In this document: positions 25,045 to 37,289 of the stretch, piece after piece
Layout: each line of letters begins with the position of its first letter
Position numbering within the stretch: the stretch's first letter is position 1
Source of the DNA: Chara braunii
Lineage: Eukaryota; Plantae; Charophyceae
Assembly (NCBI GenBank): GCA_003427395.1
Contig: BFEA01000015.1
Span: 4,478,898-4,526,488 of the forward strand
Direction: 5' to 3'
Length of the DNA stretch: 47,591 nt
The notes under the pieces: model-generated
Told to the model about the DNA's origin: nothing
What the model saw: the letters and a program-made list of their open reading frames with translations, nothing else
Database searches by the model: none
Made by a program: the position numbers and the translations under genes

Positions 25045-25570
25045 TTTTTTCGTTTTTTTCGGCAGGAAACCGTGCCTTGATGAGGGTTTCATGGACTGCT
25101 GCTCCATTGCTCCTCAACAGTGGTGATGGCAACACTGCAGCCGAAAACTGCACATCGACCCGACATTTTTCGTGATTGCCCCAGCAATTCTGTTTCCATT
25201 GCGGGCGCGAGGGTAATCTGTGGAATCCTGTTCAGCCACTCCCATCGTGGCTACGGGGAAGCCTGCAGTCGAAGGCTTGACATCTGTTTTTTTTCCCGTA
25301 TTTTTCGGCAGGAAAACATGCCTTGCTGAGGGTTTCGTGGACAGCTGTTCCATTGCTCCTGAACAGTGATGACGGCAACACTGCAGTCGAGAACTGCACA
25401 TCGACCCGACACTTTCGTGATTGCCCCAACAATTCTGTTTCCATTGCGGGTGCGGGGGGAATCTTTGGACTCCTGTTCAGCCACTCCCATACAATTCTGT
25501 GTCCATTGCGGGTGCGGGGGAAATCTTTGGACTCCTGTTCAGCCACTCCCATCGTGCAGTCGAAGGCTTC
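25045..25570. repeat. ~250-bp imperfect tandem duplication
   Basis: TTTTCGGCAGGAAA...CAGCCACTCCCAT occurs at ~25056 and ~25302, with a further partial sub-repeat at ~25492. Confidence 0.8.
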
Positions 25571-25779
25571 CACATCTTTCTCCCCCCAATCCAAGTTGCG
25601 GGAGCTACCATACCAAGCGCGTACATTCGGCACGTGCACGATCTTGCATTGCAGTTGGCACGCTGTTGGCAGTCCTCCATGGCAAGCAAAGGTGCGTGGA
25701 AATTGCCTGATTGCTCCCCAATCTTCTAAACGTTCTTTTCCTTTTTCTTTTTTTGCTAACAGACACTAGCTGTTACTCG

Positions 25780-26015
25780 CCTGCTGGTTCGATTGCTGCT
25801 CCGATCGCTGCTTATATGGGGAGATGGGATGGGAAGATGAAGATATTTGCTTCTATCGCTGCTTCGATGCTTGTATCCCCAACACAGTTGCGATGGGAGA
25901 TCAAATGGGGAGATGAAGATCGCTCCCAACAGTTCTGACGGGAGATGAGATGGGGAGATGGGACGGGGAGATGGGATGTGGAGACGAAGATCGCTGCTTC
26001 TATCGCTGCTTCGTT

Positions 26016-26051
<36 letters not shown>

Positions 26052-29000
26052 AACATACAATTGTTGTTGCTCGCCTCCTGGTTCCTTGGTTCGTTGCTTC
26101 GATCGCTCCTCCGACGGGGAGATGAAGATCGCTGCTTCGATGCTTCTCTCCCCAATGCAGTTGTGATGCGAGATGGGATGGGGAGATGAAGATCGCTCCC
26201 AACAGTTGTGATGGGAGATGGGATGGGGAGATGGGTCGGGGAGATGGGTTGGAGCCTTACCTGGTTCGATCGCTGTTTCGATCGCTGCTCCGATTGGGAG
26301 ATGAAGATCACTGCTTCGATCGCAGTTGTGATGGGAGATGGGATGGGGAGATGAAGATCGCTCCCAACAGCTGTGATGTGAGATGGGCTGGGGAGATGGG
26401 AGATGGGAGATATTGTTCTTCCCACTGTAGTGGTGATGGGAGATGTCACGGGGCGGTATTGATCTCCCGTAACCCACCTCCCAATCTCCCCAACCCATAG
26501 TGCACCTCCCAATCTTCCCACTGTAGTGCTTACATAACACAGAGATTGCTTGCTGGTTCGTTGCTTATCTCCGTAGTGCAGTGGTGATGGGAGATGGGAT
26601 TGGGTGACAGGTATCGCTCCCAACCAACCTCCCAGTCTTAGGAGTGATTTTTTTCCTATTTTTTTATTTTTGACCAAAAAAAGTTGTGATCGATCGCTGC
26701 TCCGATGCTTCTCTCCCCAATGCAGTTGTGATGGGAGATGGGATTGGGAGATAGGGACCTCTCCCTACCCGCCTCCCAATCCTTTTGATCGAAACTTGTG
26801 TGTCTTTTGCTCAGTGAGTGGCAATCCCCCGCTGGTTCGATGCTTCTCTCCCCAACGCAGTGGTGATAGGAGATGGGATGGGGAGATGGGACAGAGAGAT
26901 GAAGATCGCTGCTTCGATCGTTGCATCGCAGATTTTTTTTGTTTTTTTATGTTTGCTTACAAATAATAGTTGTTACTCGCCCGGTGGTTCGATGCTTTTC
27001 CTCCCACTGTAGTTGTGTTGGGGGATGCTATGGGGCGATATTGATCTCTCGCAACCTACCTCCAAATCTTGCAGTGAATTTGTTTATTGTTTTTCTTGAT
27101 TTCACATTTAATAACGTGGAGACCGCTTGCTGGTTCGTTGCTTATCTCCGCAGTGCAGTGGTGGTGGGAGATGGGATTGGGAGATGGGATTGGGCGATAG
27201 GGATCGCTCCCAACCAACCTCCCAGTCTTTGGCGTGATTTTTTTCTGTTTATTCTTTTTCGACAAAAAAAAGTTGTGATCGATCGCTGCTTCGATGCTTC
27301 TCTCCCCAATGCAGTTGTGATGGGAGATGGGATTGGAAGATCGAGATCTCCCCCAACCTACCTCCCAATCTTTTGATTGAAACTTGTGTGTCTTTTGTTC
27401 AGTGGGTGGTAATCGCCCGCTGGTTCGATGCTTCTCTCCCCAACGCAGTGGTGATGGGAGACGGGATGGGGGGACGTGTGTGTCTTTTGCTCAATGAGTG
27501 GTAATCGCCCGCTGGTTCGATGTTTCTCTCCCCAACGCAGTGGTGATGGGAGATGGGATGGGGAGATAGTGATCTCTCCCAACCCACCCCCCAATGTTTT
27601 GATTGAAACTTTTGTGTGTTTTTTGCTCAGTGAGTGGTAATCGCCCGGTGGTTCGATGCTTCTCTCCCCAACGCAGTGGTGATAGGAGATGGGATGGGGA
27701 GACAGTGATCTCTCCCAACAGTTGTGAAGGGAGATGGGATGGGGAGATGGGATAGAGAGATGAAGATCGCTGCTTCGATCGCTGCATCGCTGATTTTTTT
27801 TTTTTGTTTTTTTTTTTTGCTAACAGATAACAGTTGTTTTTTTAATTCTTTTTGAAGAAGTTGTGATCGATGGCTGCTCCGATGCTTCTCTCCCCAATGC
27901 AGTTGTGACGGGAGATGGGATTGGGAGATAGGGATCTCTCCCTACCCACCTCCCAGTCTTTTAATTGAGACTTGTGTGTCTTTTGTTCAGTGAGTGGTAA
28001 TCGCCCGCTGGTTCGATGCTTCTCTCCCCAACGCATTGCTGATGGGAGTGTGACATTGTGAGACACGTGTGTGTCTTTTGCTCAATGAGTGGGAATCGCC
28101 CACTGGTTCGCTGCTTCACTATGTGTTTGTTTTTCGATGCTTTTCCTCTCACTGTTTAATGCGATTCGACAGAAAAAAGTTGTGATCGATCACTCCTTCG
28201 ATGTTTTCTCTCCCTAGTGCAGTTGTGATGGGAGACGAGATGGGGAGATCATGATCGCTCCCAACCCACCGCGGAGACACTCGTTTTTTTTTTGTTTTTT
28301 TTTTTATGTTGTTAGGACAATTTAGTGACAATCGTTTGCTGTTACAGGGACATAGTGATCTCTCCCAACCCAACCCAACCCAACCCATATTCGAATCAAT
28401 TCTTTGTTCCCTCAAAATGTGAAAACCGGGCGTAGGTCAGATGCTTCTCTCCCCAGTGAAAACGGTGATGGGAGATGGGATGAGGAGATGACAATGTGTG
28501 TGTCTTTTGCGCAACGAGTGGTAATCGCCCATCGGATCGATGCTTCTCTCCCCAACCCATCTCCCAATCTTGTGATTGAAACTTGTGTGTTTTTTTTGGT
28601 CAATGAGCGGTAATCGCCCGCTGGTTCGATGCTTCTGTCCCCAACGCAGTGGTGACGGGAGATGGGATGGGGAGATAACGATCTCTCCTAACCTACCTCC
28701 CAATCTTTTGGTTGAAACTTGTGTATCGTTTGCGCAATGAATGGTAATCTCCCACTGGTTCGATGCTTCTCTCCCCAATGCAGCGGTGATGCGAGATGGC
28801 ATGGGGAGACCTATGTGTGTCTTCTGCTCAATGACTGGTAATCGCCCGCTGGCTCGATGCTTCTCTCCCCAACGCAGTGGTGATGGGAGACGGGATGGGG
28901 AGATAGTGATCTCTCCCAACCTACCTCCCAATCTTTCGATTGAAACTTGTGTGTGTCTTTTGTTCAGTGAGTGGTAATTGCCCGCTGGTCCGATGCTTCT

Positions 29001-29070
29001 CTCCCCAACACCGCGGTTAAGGAAGATGGGAGGGGGAGATACCAATCTCTCCCAACCCACCTCCCAATCT
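25780..29070. repeat. Satellite of GGGAGATGGGATGGGGAGAT / GGTTCGATGCTTCTCTCCCCAA units
   Basis: Many diverged copies of these motifs. Confidence 0.9.
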
Positions 29071-31159
29071 GCAGGCGACACCCGACAGTTAGGTGCCGAG
29101 GCGACACCCAACGGCCGGGCCATCGAGAGTCGGACCATAGAGCGCCTAGGCAACACCCGACGGTCCGACCGTCGGGCGCCAAAGCGACACCTGACGGTCG
29201 GACCGTCGAGAGTTGAGGCGACACCCGACCATTGGTCGTCGATATGTCACCGCACGGTCGGACCATCCGGCGTCGACGCAACGCCCGACCATCGGACGAC
29301 CGTTGGCCGGGTCTCGCCTCAACGCCCGGTGGTCCGATCATCGGGTGTCGCCTCGGCGCCCGATGGTCCGACCATTGGGTGTCGAGGCGACACCCGACCA
29401 TCGGGCGCCGTTCTCTCATTGGGCGTCGAGGCGACACCTGACCATAGGGCGTTGAGGCGACACCCGACCATTAGGCTGTCGGGCGCATCGGTCCGGCACC
29501 TCACGTGGCAGCGCGGGACCTTCTCGGCCGCGTCACGCAGGAGTTGGACCAACCTTGCCGCGAACATGCAAATGGAGCTTCCTTAGGCCGCTCCGGCCGA
29601 GTGCGCCAGCCATACCTCTCGCGAGCCCCTACGACAGGATAGGGCCTACGCGAGGCACANCTTACCTCCANCTTACGGGAGCTGTCACCTCCCTTCGGTN
29701 GGCGTATCCCCGCCGAGCTACCAGTCCACANTACGAAAGNNANTCNGTTGCAATCGCAGAGGTGGACCAGCCGAGGGCGATTCTCGTTCGCTGTAGCATA
29801 GGGGGTACGCGCGGTAATACGCCTATCGGACCCGCACGCGAACCGACATCTTGGGGGCTGAAGTCCCAAGCGCGGCTCGTCGTCTGTCGACTAGGACGCA
29901 TCCCACACACCACGCGCACACCACTTTACGAACACAAAAAATAAAACACACACACACACACACACACACACATCGAACAACGCGACAACACTCCTAGTCC
30001 CTTCAGTAGCCGTCCCATAACTTTCCGACNCGGAAATCGAATAGGCGTCGCGTGCGAGACTCAGTATAAAACCGCGCGGACGGAGGGCTAACTCATATCG
30101 ACTTGCAATGCAAGCGTACGCAAGCAGTCACAGTGATGGCGTACTATGTAGTACCGATACTCACGCGGGCCCCGTTAATCACGAGGGTCGCATTCGACAC
30201 TCAAGTGTGGGCTGACACGCGCCTTGAGGGTTAATCTCTCGACGCTGGACAACCGCCATGCGTGGTTGAAGACCACACCCTCTTCTGCACCCTATGCAGA
30301 GGGGTTGAGTAGACAGCTTTAAGCTGTCGTGGCGGTTGAACATCAAGGGGTTTGATTTTCACGGCTGCCACGGACTATAACGTCCAACCATACAAATTCT
30401 AAAAAACAAGGGTAAAAAGGGAACCCCCCTTCCCTCTTGAGACATAATCAAGTTAACCCATATTCACACTCACAGTAGGTCTTTCAAATACTCATGACAC
30501 TTATAAATACGTAAGGGTTGACTATATAGGGCGATCACTTCTCACTGTCACAGTGAGGCTCCTCTCAGCCATATATGTATGAAATCGCAGACAATCACAT
30601 CAAGAGTCCGAACCATAACCATACCTGCAATCACATCAAAGATTCAACCAGAAGTCCACGCACTGCACGGGGTCAACTTCAACCATTCCTCGCACTCATA
30701 TCCCTTGCTTTAACCATACAAGCCTCACTCGTGCAACTCTTAAATAAATACTCAGTACTTTTGTTGGATATCCATTCAATGAAGTCCGGGTAAAAACACA
30801 AAAAAACAATTAAAATCTCAAGGCTAACGCCTTTAGGTTGAGTGGCAGGAGTGAATTGGAGTTGAATCGTAAACCGACGAATCGGCAACCGACCTGTTAT
30901 CAGTGATAACAGAAGATGACCCTCGTAGGATCAAGCTGAAACTAGTCCAAGTCCTGAATCAGAGTGTCCAAGGAAGGCCTGTACCATAAGACAGGTCAAT
31001 GCCCAAGCTAAATCATCAGCATATTGGGGATGAACCTCCATAGCACATCTTCACTCAAGTTATCTGCCAACTAAGACTAAGCCTACCCCTGAGTCAGTGC
31101 TCAAAGCAAAGATAGACTAATGGCAGAATCCCCCCTATTCAGGGTGGATCGCCAGAATC

Positions 31160-31520
31160 GTCACCTGTCAAAATATAATCTATCTCCTCTCAATTAGGAA
31201 AATTTCGGCAGCGCTTCCCGTAGGAAAAGTGCCTTTTCATAATTTATATCAGCCCGAATATGAAACCAAAAATATTCTTTGACTTTCCAAAGTCCTATTT
31301 TGTCTAACTCCCTGAATTAGCAAAAATTTGGGCAGCACTCCCTTTAAAATAGGAGACTTTTCAGATTTTTACTAAGTCATATACGAACCTTAGTCTAAGA
31401 CAGGTTGAACTTTGAAAAGTCAGAAATTTGACTATCTCCTTGGATTTGCAGAAATTTCGGCAGCGCTTCCCGTAGGGAAAATAGCTTACCAAGATTTATA
31501 CAAAGCCAAGTATAACAAAA
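31160..31520. repeat. Three diverged ~125-bp tandem units
   Basis: AATTTCGGCAGCGCTTCCCGTAGG at 31201 and 31453, and AATTTGGGCAGCACTCCC at 31325. Confidence 0.75.
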
Positions 31521-31559
31521 GGTCTCAGAAAATGCGAGAACTGATCTCCCGACTTACAT

Positions 31560-32395
31560 AGGGCATTGGGATTGGTCATTCATCTTAGAAACAATGTCAG
31601 CCCTCTGCCTTAATTATACACGAACAGACTGCACAACTACTTTTCTCTTCATTGGGGCACATGACTAAGCCATTCATCTTAGAAATCATGCTTAGCCGCC
31701 TTGAAATGTTTAAGTAGCCAAGTTATATATACTTCTCTGAACTTAATCTTCAAGAATGAGCGTAGGACTGAGTCATTCATCTTAGAAACAATACTCAGTC
31801 GACCCAAGTTACCTTCACTTATAACTCTTGATTATACTCTCTTCGCCTGTGATAAGGCTATAGTCAGACCATTCATCTTAGAAACAATGCCCGACTAGCC
31901 TTGTTCGTATATAAGCATATATATATATCACAATATAGAGAATCTTATTCGTTTGTTCTCATTATGGTCCTGAGGCCTCAGACTTAGACCATTCATCTTA
32001 GAAAGAATGTCTAGTCCTCTGGCCCTGAATCCTCCCTCAGAAAGAACAATCAAGGAGAGGTGAACCATTCATCTTAGAAACAATGCTCAGCTCTCCCGTT
32101 TTCAGCACACAAAAAAGACAGAGTACCCTGGGTCTGACCTAGGGACTGTTCAGAAACCACCCAAATAAAACAGCGGCCAGACCATTCATCTTAGAAACGA
32201 TGTCTGGCCCTCAAAAGTCAAGCAAGCAATGCCCCTCAGAAATAAGTAGCCAGATCATTCATCTTAGAAACAATGCCTGACACAATTAAAGAAACACAAC
32301 AACCAAGCAATTCAACTTAGAAACCATGTTTGATTCTTCAGAAAACAGAACAAAACACAATAGTCAGGCCATTCATCTTAGAAACAATGCCTGAC
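31560..32395. other. Array of 10 stem-loops with conserved 20-nt core and variable complementary stems
   Basis: Core CATTCATCTTAGAAACAATG (or close variant) at 31577, 31671, 31774, 31870, 31990, 32066, 32183, 32256, 32309 and 32370, each flanked by copy-specific inverted arms. Confidence 0.9.
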
Positions 32396-33547
32396 CCTAT
32401 CAGACCTGTCCAATCGCAAACAAAACTGCCTTCCTCCCAACCTTCCCCCTGATGCAACCCCTTGTGACAATCTGTTTTCAGACAAACAAGAAACCGAAAC
32501 TGCCATTGTACAAATATTTTTTTAGTTAGTCTGATTTTGTGTCCTGAACGTCAATCCCCAAAAGTCAAAGTAAGGGTGGCATGCCATACAGTCAGCCAAT
32601 ACATAGGGAGAGGTACAGATAGGGGTTAGACCGAGTTTATAAAGGAAGCAATGGTTACCTTTTAATTCCTTGCCTCCAGAACTCCTCCTGAGTTCCGGCA
32701 GAGCTCCCGCAATCGGTGGGGTTACGGGTTGCAATCCCGCTTGCCGCCTTCCTCTCAGAACCACAGACTGGACTTAGAGTGAGAGAGGTAGAGGATGGTA
32801 GATTTGAGACTCTCAGATCCAAGAGAGGTGCTCTCAGACTCGCATGAGAGGGCCTTGATACCTTGGTACGCATGAGAGCCCCATAATGGCGGCCAACTTG
32901 CACCGCACCTTGGCCAGGCAGAAGTCAAACCACCGATTGCTGATTCTCATATGACTCTTGAAACTAACAACAAGGACACCCCTTCTACGGAGTCGACGAC
33001 CTCGGCCCCTCCGCAAGCCTGCACTCCTGCTGCTCACTCTTTACTGTTCAACCCGGTTAGAATGGTCCCCGTTCCAGCTGGCGGCCAGGTTTACACCCTG
33101 CTGGCCTGTTTGCTACTTCGACCTACCGGGTGGGCGGCATCCTAGCCAACAAGTAGATTTCCAACTTTGCAGCCCGCCCCTTAGCCCTTTAATCAACAGA
33201 CGGGTGCACAGTACGCTGGCAACAAACAGGCCTGTGATCCCTGACTGACCTCCTTGTGAGTGCGCCGGTCAACAGACTGGCCTGCAGCCTCAGCGATGGC
33301 CTTCCGGTCCTTCACCCGATACTGCGGGCCGAAACAGGCAAACTTGTAACCTCTGCAGGAACTAGGCTGGCCGACCGCAATCCGTACTCCGCCAGCTGAG
33401 CCCCCCATTCGCCAGCAGGCGGCTCTCTACCTCTCACTTCTGCAACTCTCGAGACCCGCCCGTTGGCCTGCTGCCGCAGCTCAATCCCGGGTGGCGGACA
33501 GGTAGTGGTTCCCTCCTCTCCCTCCTCGCGCGGTGCTCAGGTAAGCG

Positions 33548-33610
<63 letters not shown>

Positions 33611-35047
33611 GGCGGTCTCCTATCCGACGCATCCGACTGCTCCTCCCACCAGGATAGGCACGACCCCGATCTCGAGGTAAGTCTCCCCCTTCGCTGCCCG
33701 CCTGCAACACTCTCATAGCAGTTACGATCAAAACTTGACTGAATCTTCCCCTAAAACACAGACAGATATATGTATGAACACATGTATATTTCCGTCCTTT
33801 CACGCTCTTTCCTGCCGGTACATTGCGCACCTTCTACAGATCATACTAAACAGACCGTTCCCCAAGTCGACGATTTAGCACGTCCAATCACCTCAGAATG
33901 GTTTAAGCCTTAGTTTAGCATTTTAAAACACAAAAATCGATCATAAAATGATCGAGTTATTTCGATTTCAGCCTCCCCCTCCTTCACTTTCCGCCTTCTC
34001 CCTCACATTTAATTTCTCTTCTCTCTCTAAATCTACCAACTCATCTCTAAATCTGACCCCATCACCAAGTTCGCCCGGGCTTAGAATGTTGATCCACCAC
34101 CCTCTTTCACCCGATTCCGTCGAGAACCGAGTGAAATCTCGATCTTTCACTCCTAGTCTTCTCTCCCCCCACCATAGCTCGGCGCACCCCACTCCTCACT
34201 AACCTCTCAATCTACTGACTTCCCTCCAAATCCGACTTCGTAATCGGATTCGCCCGACACACAAACCCCTACGACGAACCTTCCCTCACCTGAATTCATC
34301 AAGGATCGAGTGAATTCTCGATCCTCCCCTCTCATCACTTTTCCGCCCACCATAACTTCGCGCACTGACTTTCCTACTAACCTCTTATCCAACACCTCTA
34401 ACACCAAAACTAACCTCACTAACAGAATCGCCCTACACAAGAACCCCTATCTAGCATTTTCACTCGTCCGATTTCGTTATGAAATAGGCGAGATACGCTT
34501 CTTTCTGCCCCGCCACGGCCAGCTTTCGCCATATTTCCTTCTTGCTACACGTACCTGGAGCGAAATCGCACCAGATTCATTCCTTCATTTCCCCCCTGGC
34601 CTGCACCTCACCGGCCTTGCGTTCGTCGCCCGTCGCTAGTCTCGCCTGTTGCCGGCTGCCTCCGCTCTCCCTGTCTGCGCCCGGGCACAGTCCTGTCTCC
34701 CACTGCACACATCCACACTACCCCTACCCCCCTGCGCTCGCTAGCGCTCCGCCTCGCACGCATCTGCCGCCTCGCCCTGTACCGTTTCGTTCCTCCACCT
34801 CGTTAGCGTCCGTCACCAGCTTGCGGCCTTGCTTCGCCCGTCGCCCACTTAGTGCTGCCTAGCCGTCTACCACCTGCGACCTACCGGTATGTTGTTGCCT
34901 CCGCCCTTGCCCCGCATGTATTTGCCACATTCCCTCGTCTTGATTCGCCCTCTGCCGCACCACTACTCTGACTGCTGCCAGCGTCCCGAACTACGCCGCC
35001 CGATGAGCCACCGAATGCTGAGCAAAAGCATTCGGTCGTCGGGCCCC

Positions 35048-35062
35048 CCTCTATTTATATGG
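35048..35062 (-). promoter_or_regulatory. Candidate TATA box of the 6.76-kb element
   Basis: The minus strand reads CCCATATAAATAGAGGG, an LTR-promoter-like context ~1.2 kb from the right end. Motif evidence only. Confidence 0.3.
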
Positions 35063-37289
35063 GCCGCCCCCTCGCGCAGGGACCGTGCTAATCTTCTCTG
35101 TAGCGTCCCAATTTTTAATGTGTGTCCCGAAGGACTCCGACCGGGGCAATGCCCCGTGGCACCTCCCCAAAGGCCACGCGGCCTCAACCTTTTCCCTCTC
35201 CGATCACGTACCCGGCCCGGATTTGTACCGGGTCCGCCTTGGTCTTCGTCTCAGCAGTTCAGGGGTGTACCCACTGAGCTAGGCTCTTTGGTGCCTGCCA
35301 CGCCCACGGCACCTCGTCCCTGTCAAAACACCGACTGGCATGGCTCCGGCATAGCTACGAAAACAGTCCGTAATTGCACTTTAGGCGACCCCGCAAATAC
35401 AACGCGCCCCCACGCGCTCCCATCGCAGTCTCGCGTCCCAAAGCGGGACGCGATAACAATGGGACAAAAAACAGTGGACAATAGGGGAATAATAAATAAA
35501 TAAATAAATAAAAATAGACGTCGGGGGACCGCGGGACTGCTGGCACCCTGCCCACCCCGCGGATTAGGCCCGTCGCCGCGCCCGTAAACAAAACCAAGGG
35601 GGATAGCCCTGCAGGGCCCTCAACCCCTCAGGTTTTGCTCCAGGCTGCTCCGATGCTGCTACGCCAACGCCCGCTGGCCTCGATCCCCGAACCTCCGCCG
35701 TGTCAACCCAATATTGTAATCCATAGGGCTAAGTCCAAGTCTGAGACCAACATTAGCGAAGTGCCATGTAAGACGGTGCGGTAGTGCGCTCAGGGCCAGG
35801 GAAATTGGCCTGAGGCTCATCTCTGCCTATGAACCGTGCGCGCGGCCGCCTAGCGCCCTGCACCGATTTACCAAGTTGTACCACGACCGCCACTCGCACC
35901 ACTCTACGTGCCAAGACCTATCGCAGTCACACCGTCGCCGTCGTCGTCACCGGCAAGCCCAACAATCAGCAAGACATAGCCTTTTTAATCCCTACTTAAT
36001 CAGAACATAAAATTCCTGGCCGGCGATCACGCCGACTCTTCCGCCATCAATTAATAAAAAGATCACGCGCGCCTCACATCCGCGCGCCCACACACTCTCT
36101 ACTTCTAGACCACATAGCCAGCCTATAGTCACCACACTGCCGCAAGTCGCGCGGCGTTCTCAACAATTCCCTGTCAACTTGTTGGCTGTCACTTGCAAAA
36201 GTCAGGGCGGATACCCTTGTAAAGGGTATTCGTGCCGACAGCGTTGAGGCGACACCCGATGGTCCGACCATTGGGCGTCGAGGCGACACCCGACCATCGG
36301 GCGCCCGATGGTCCGACCATTGGGCGTCGAGGCGACACCTAACCATCGAGGCGACACCCGACCATCGGGCGCNNNNNNNNNNNNNNNNNNNNNNNNNNNN
36401 NNNNNNNNNNNNNNNNNNNNNNNNNNNNNNNNNNNNNNNNNNNNNNNNNNNNNNNNNNNNNNNNNNNNNNNNNNNNNNNNNNNNNNNNNNNNNNNNNNNN
36501 NNNNNNNNNNNNNNNNNNNNNNNNNNNNNNNNNNNNNNNNNNNNNNNNNNNNNNNNNNNNNNNNNNACCATCGAGGCGACACCCGACCATCGGGCGCCCG
36601 ATGGTCCGACCATTGGGCGTCGAGGCGACACCCAACCATCGAGGCGACACCCGACCGTCGGGCGCCGAAACCACACCTGACGGTCGGACCGTTGAGAGTC
36701 GAGGCGACACACGACCATTGGCCGTCGACGTGTCACCGGACGGTCGGACCATCTGGCGTCGGCGCAACGCCCGACCATCGGATGGCCGTTGGCCGGGTCT
36801 CGCCTCGACGCCCGGTGGTCCGATCGTCAGGTGTTGCCTCGGCGCCCGATGGCCCGACCATTGGGCGTCGAGGCGACACCCGACCATCGGGCGCCGTTCT
36901 CTCATTGGGCGTCGAGGCGACACCCGATGGTTCGACCATTGGGCATCGAGGCGACACCCGACCATTGGGCATCGAGGCTACACCCGATGGTCCGACCGTT
37001 GGGCGTCGAGGCGACACCCGACCATCGGGCGCCCGATGGTCCGACCATTGGGCGTCGAGGCGACACTCGACCATCGAGGCGACACCCGACCATTGGGCGT
37101 CGAGGCGACACCCGACCGTCGGCCGCCGAAGCGACACTTGACGGTCGGACCGTCGAGAGTCGAGGCGACACCCGACCATTGGCCGTCGACGTGTCACCGA
37201 ATGGTCAGACCATTCGACGTCACCGCAACGCCCGACCATCGGATGACCGTTGGCCGGGTCTCGCCTCGACGCCTCGACGCCCGGTGGTC

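Larger units (their letters stand above)
29477..36240. mobile_element. 6,764-bp non-coding insertion with TGTCGG...CCGACA ends (giant solo-LTR-like or non-autonomous element)
   Basis: Sharp boundaries inside a minisatellite, terminal TG..CA with a 6-bp inverted repeat, apparent 2-bp GC duplication, and no recognisable gag/pol/transposase ORF. Confidence 0.75.

Noticed and set aside
31560-32395. CRISPR array (repeat plus unique spacers)
   Set aside because: Spacing is irregular (53-120 nt), the pairing arms lie in the variable flanks rather than inside the repeat, no cas genes are present, and the context is a eukaryotic TE.
33948-35503. Protein-coding genes (e.g. 204-aa ORF 34889-35503)
   Set aside because: Low-complexity, no recognisable gag/pol or other motifs, consistent with chance ORFs in GC-rich DNA.
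29477-36240. Helitron
   Set aside because: It has a subterminal hairpin but lacks 5'-TC and 3'-CTRR ends and an A|T target. The ends are inverted TG..CA.
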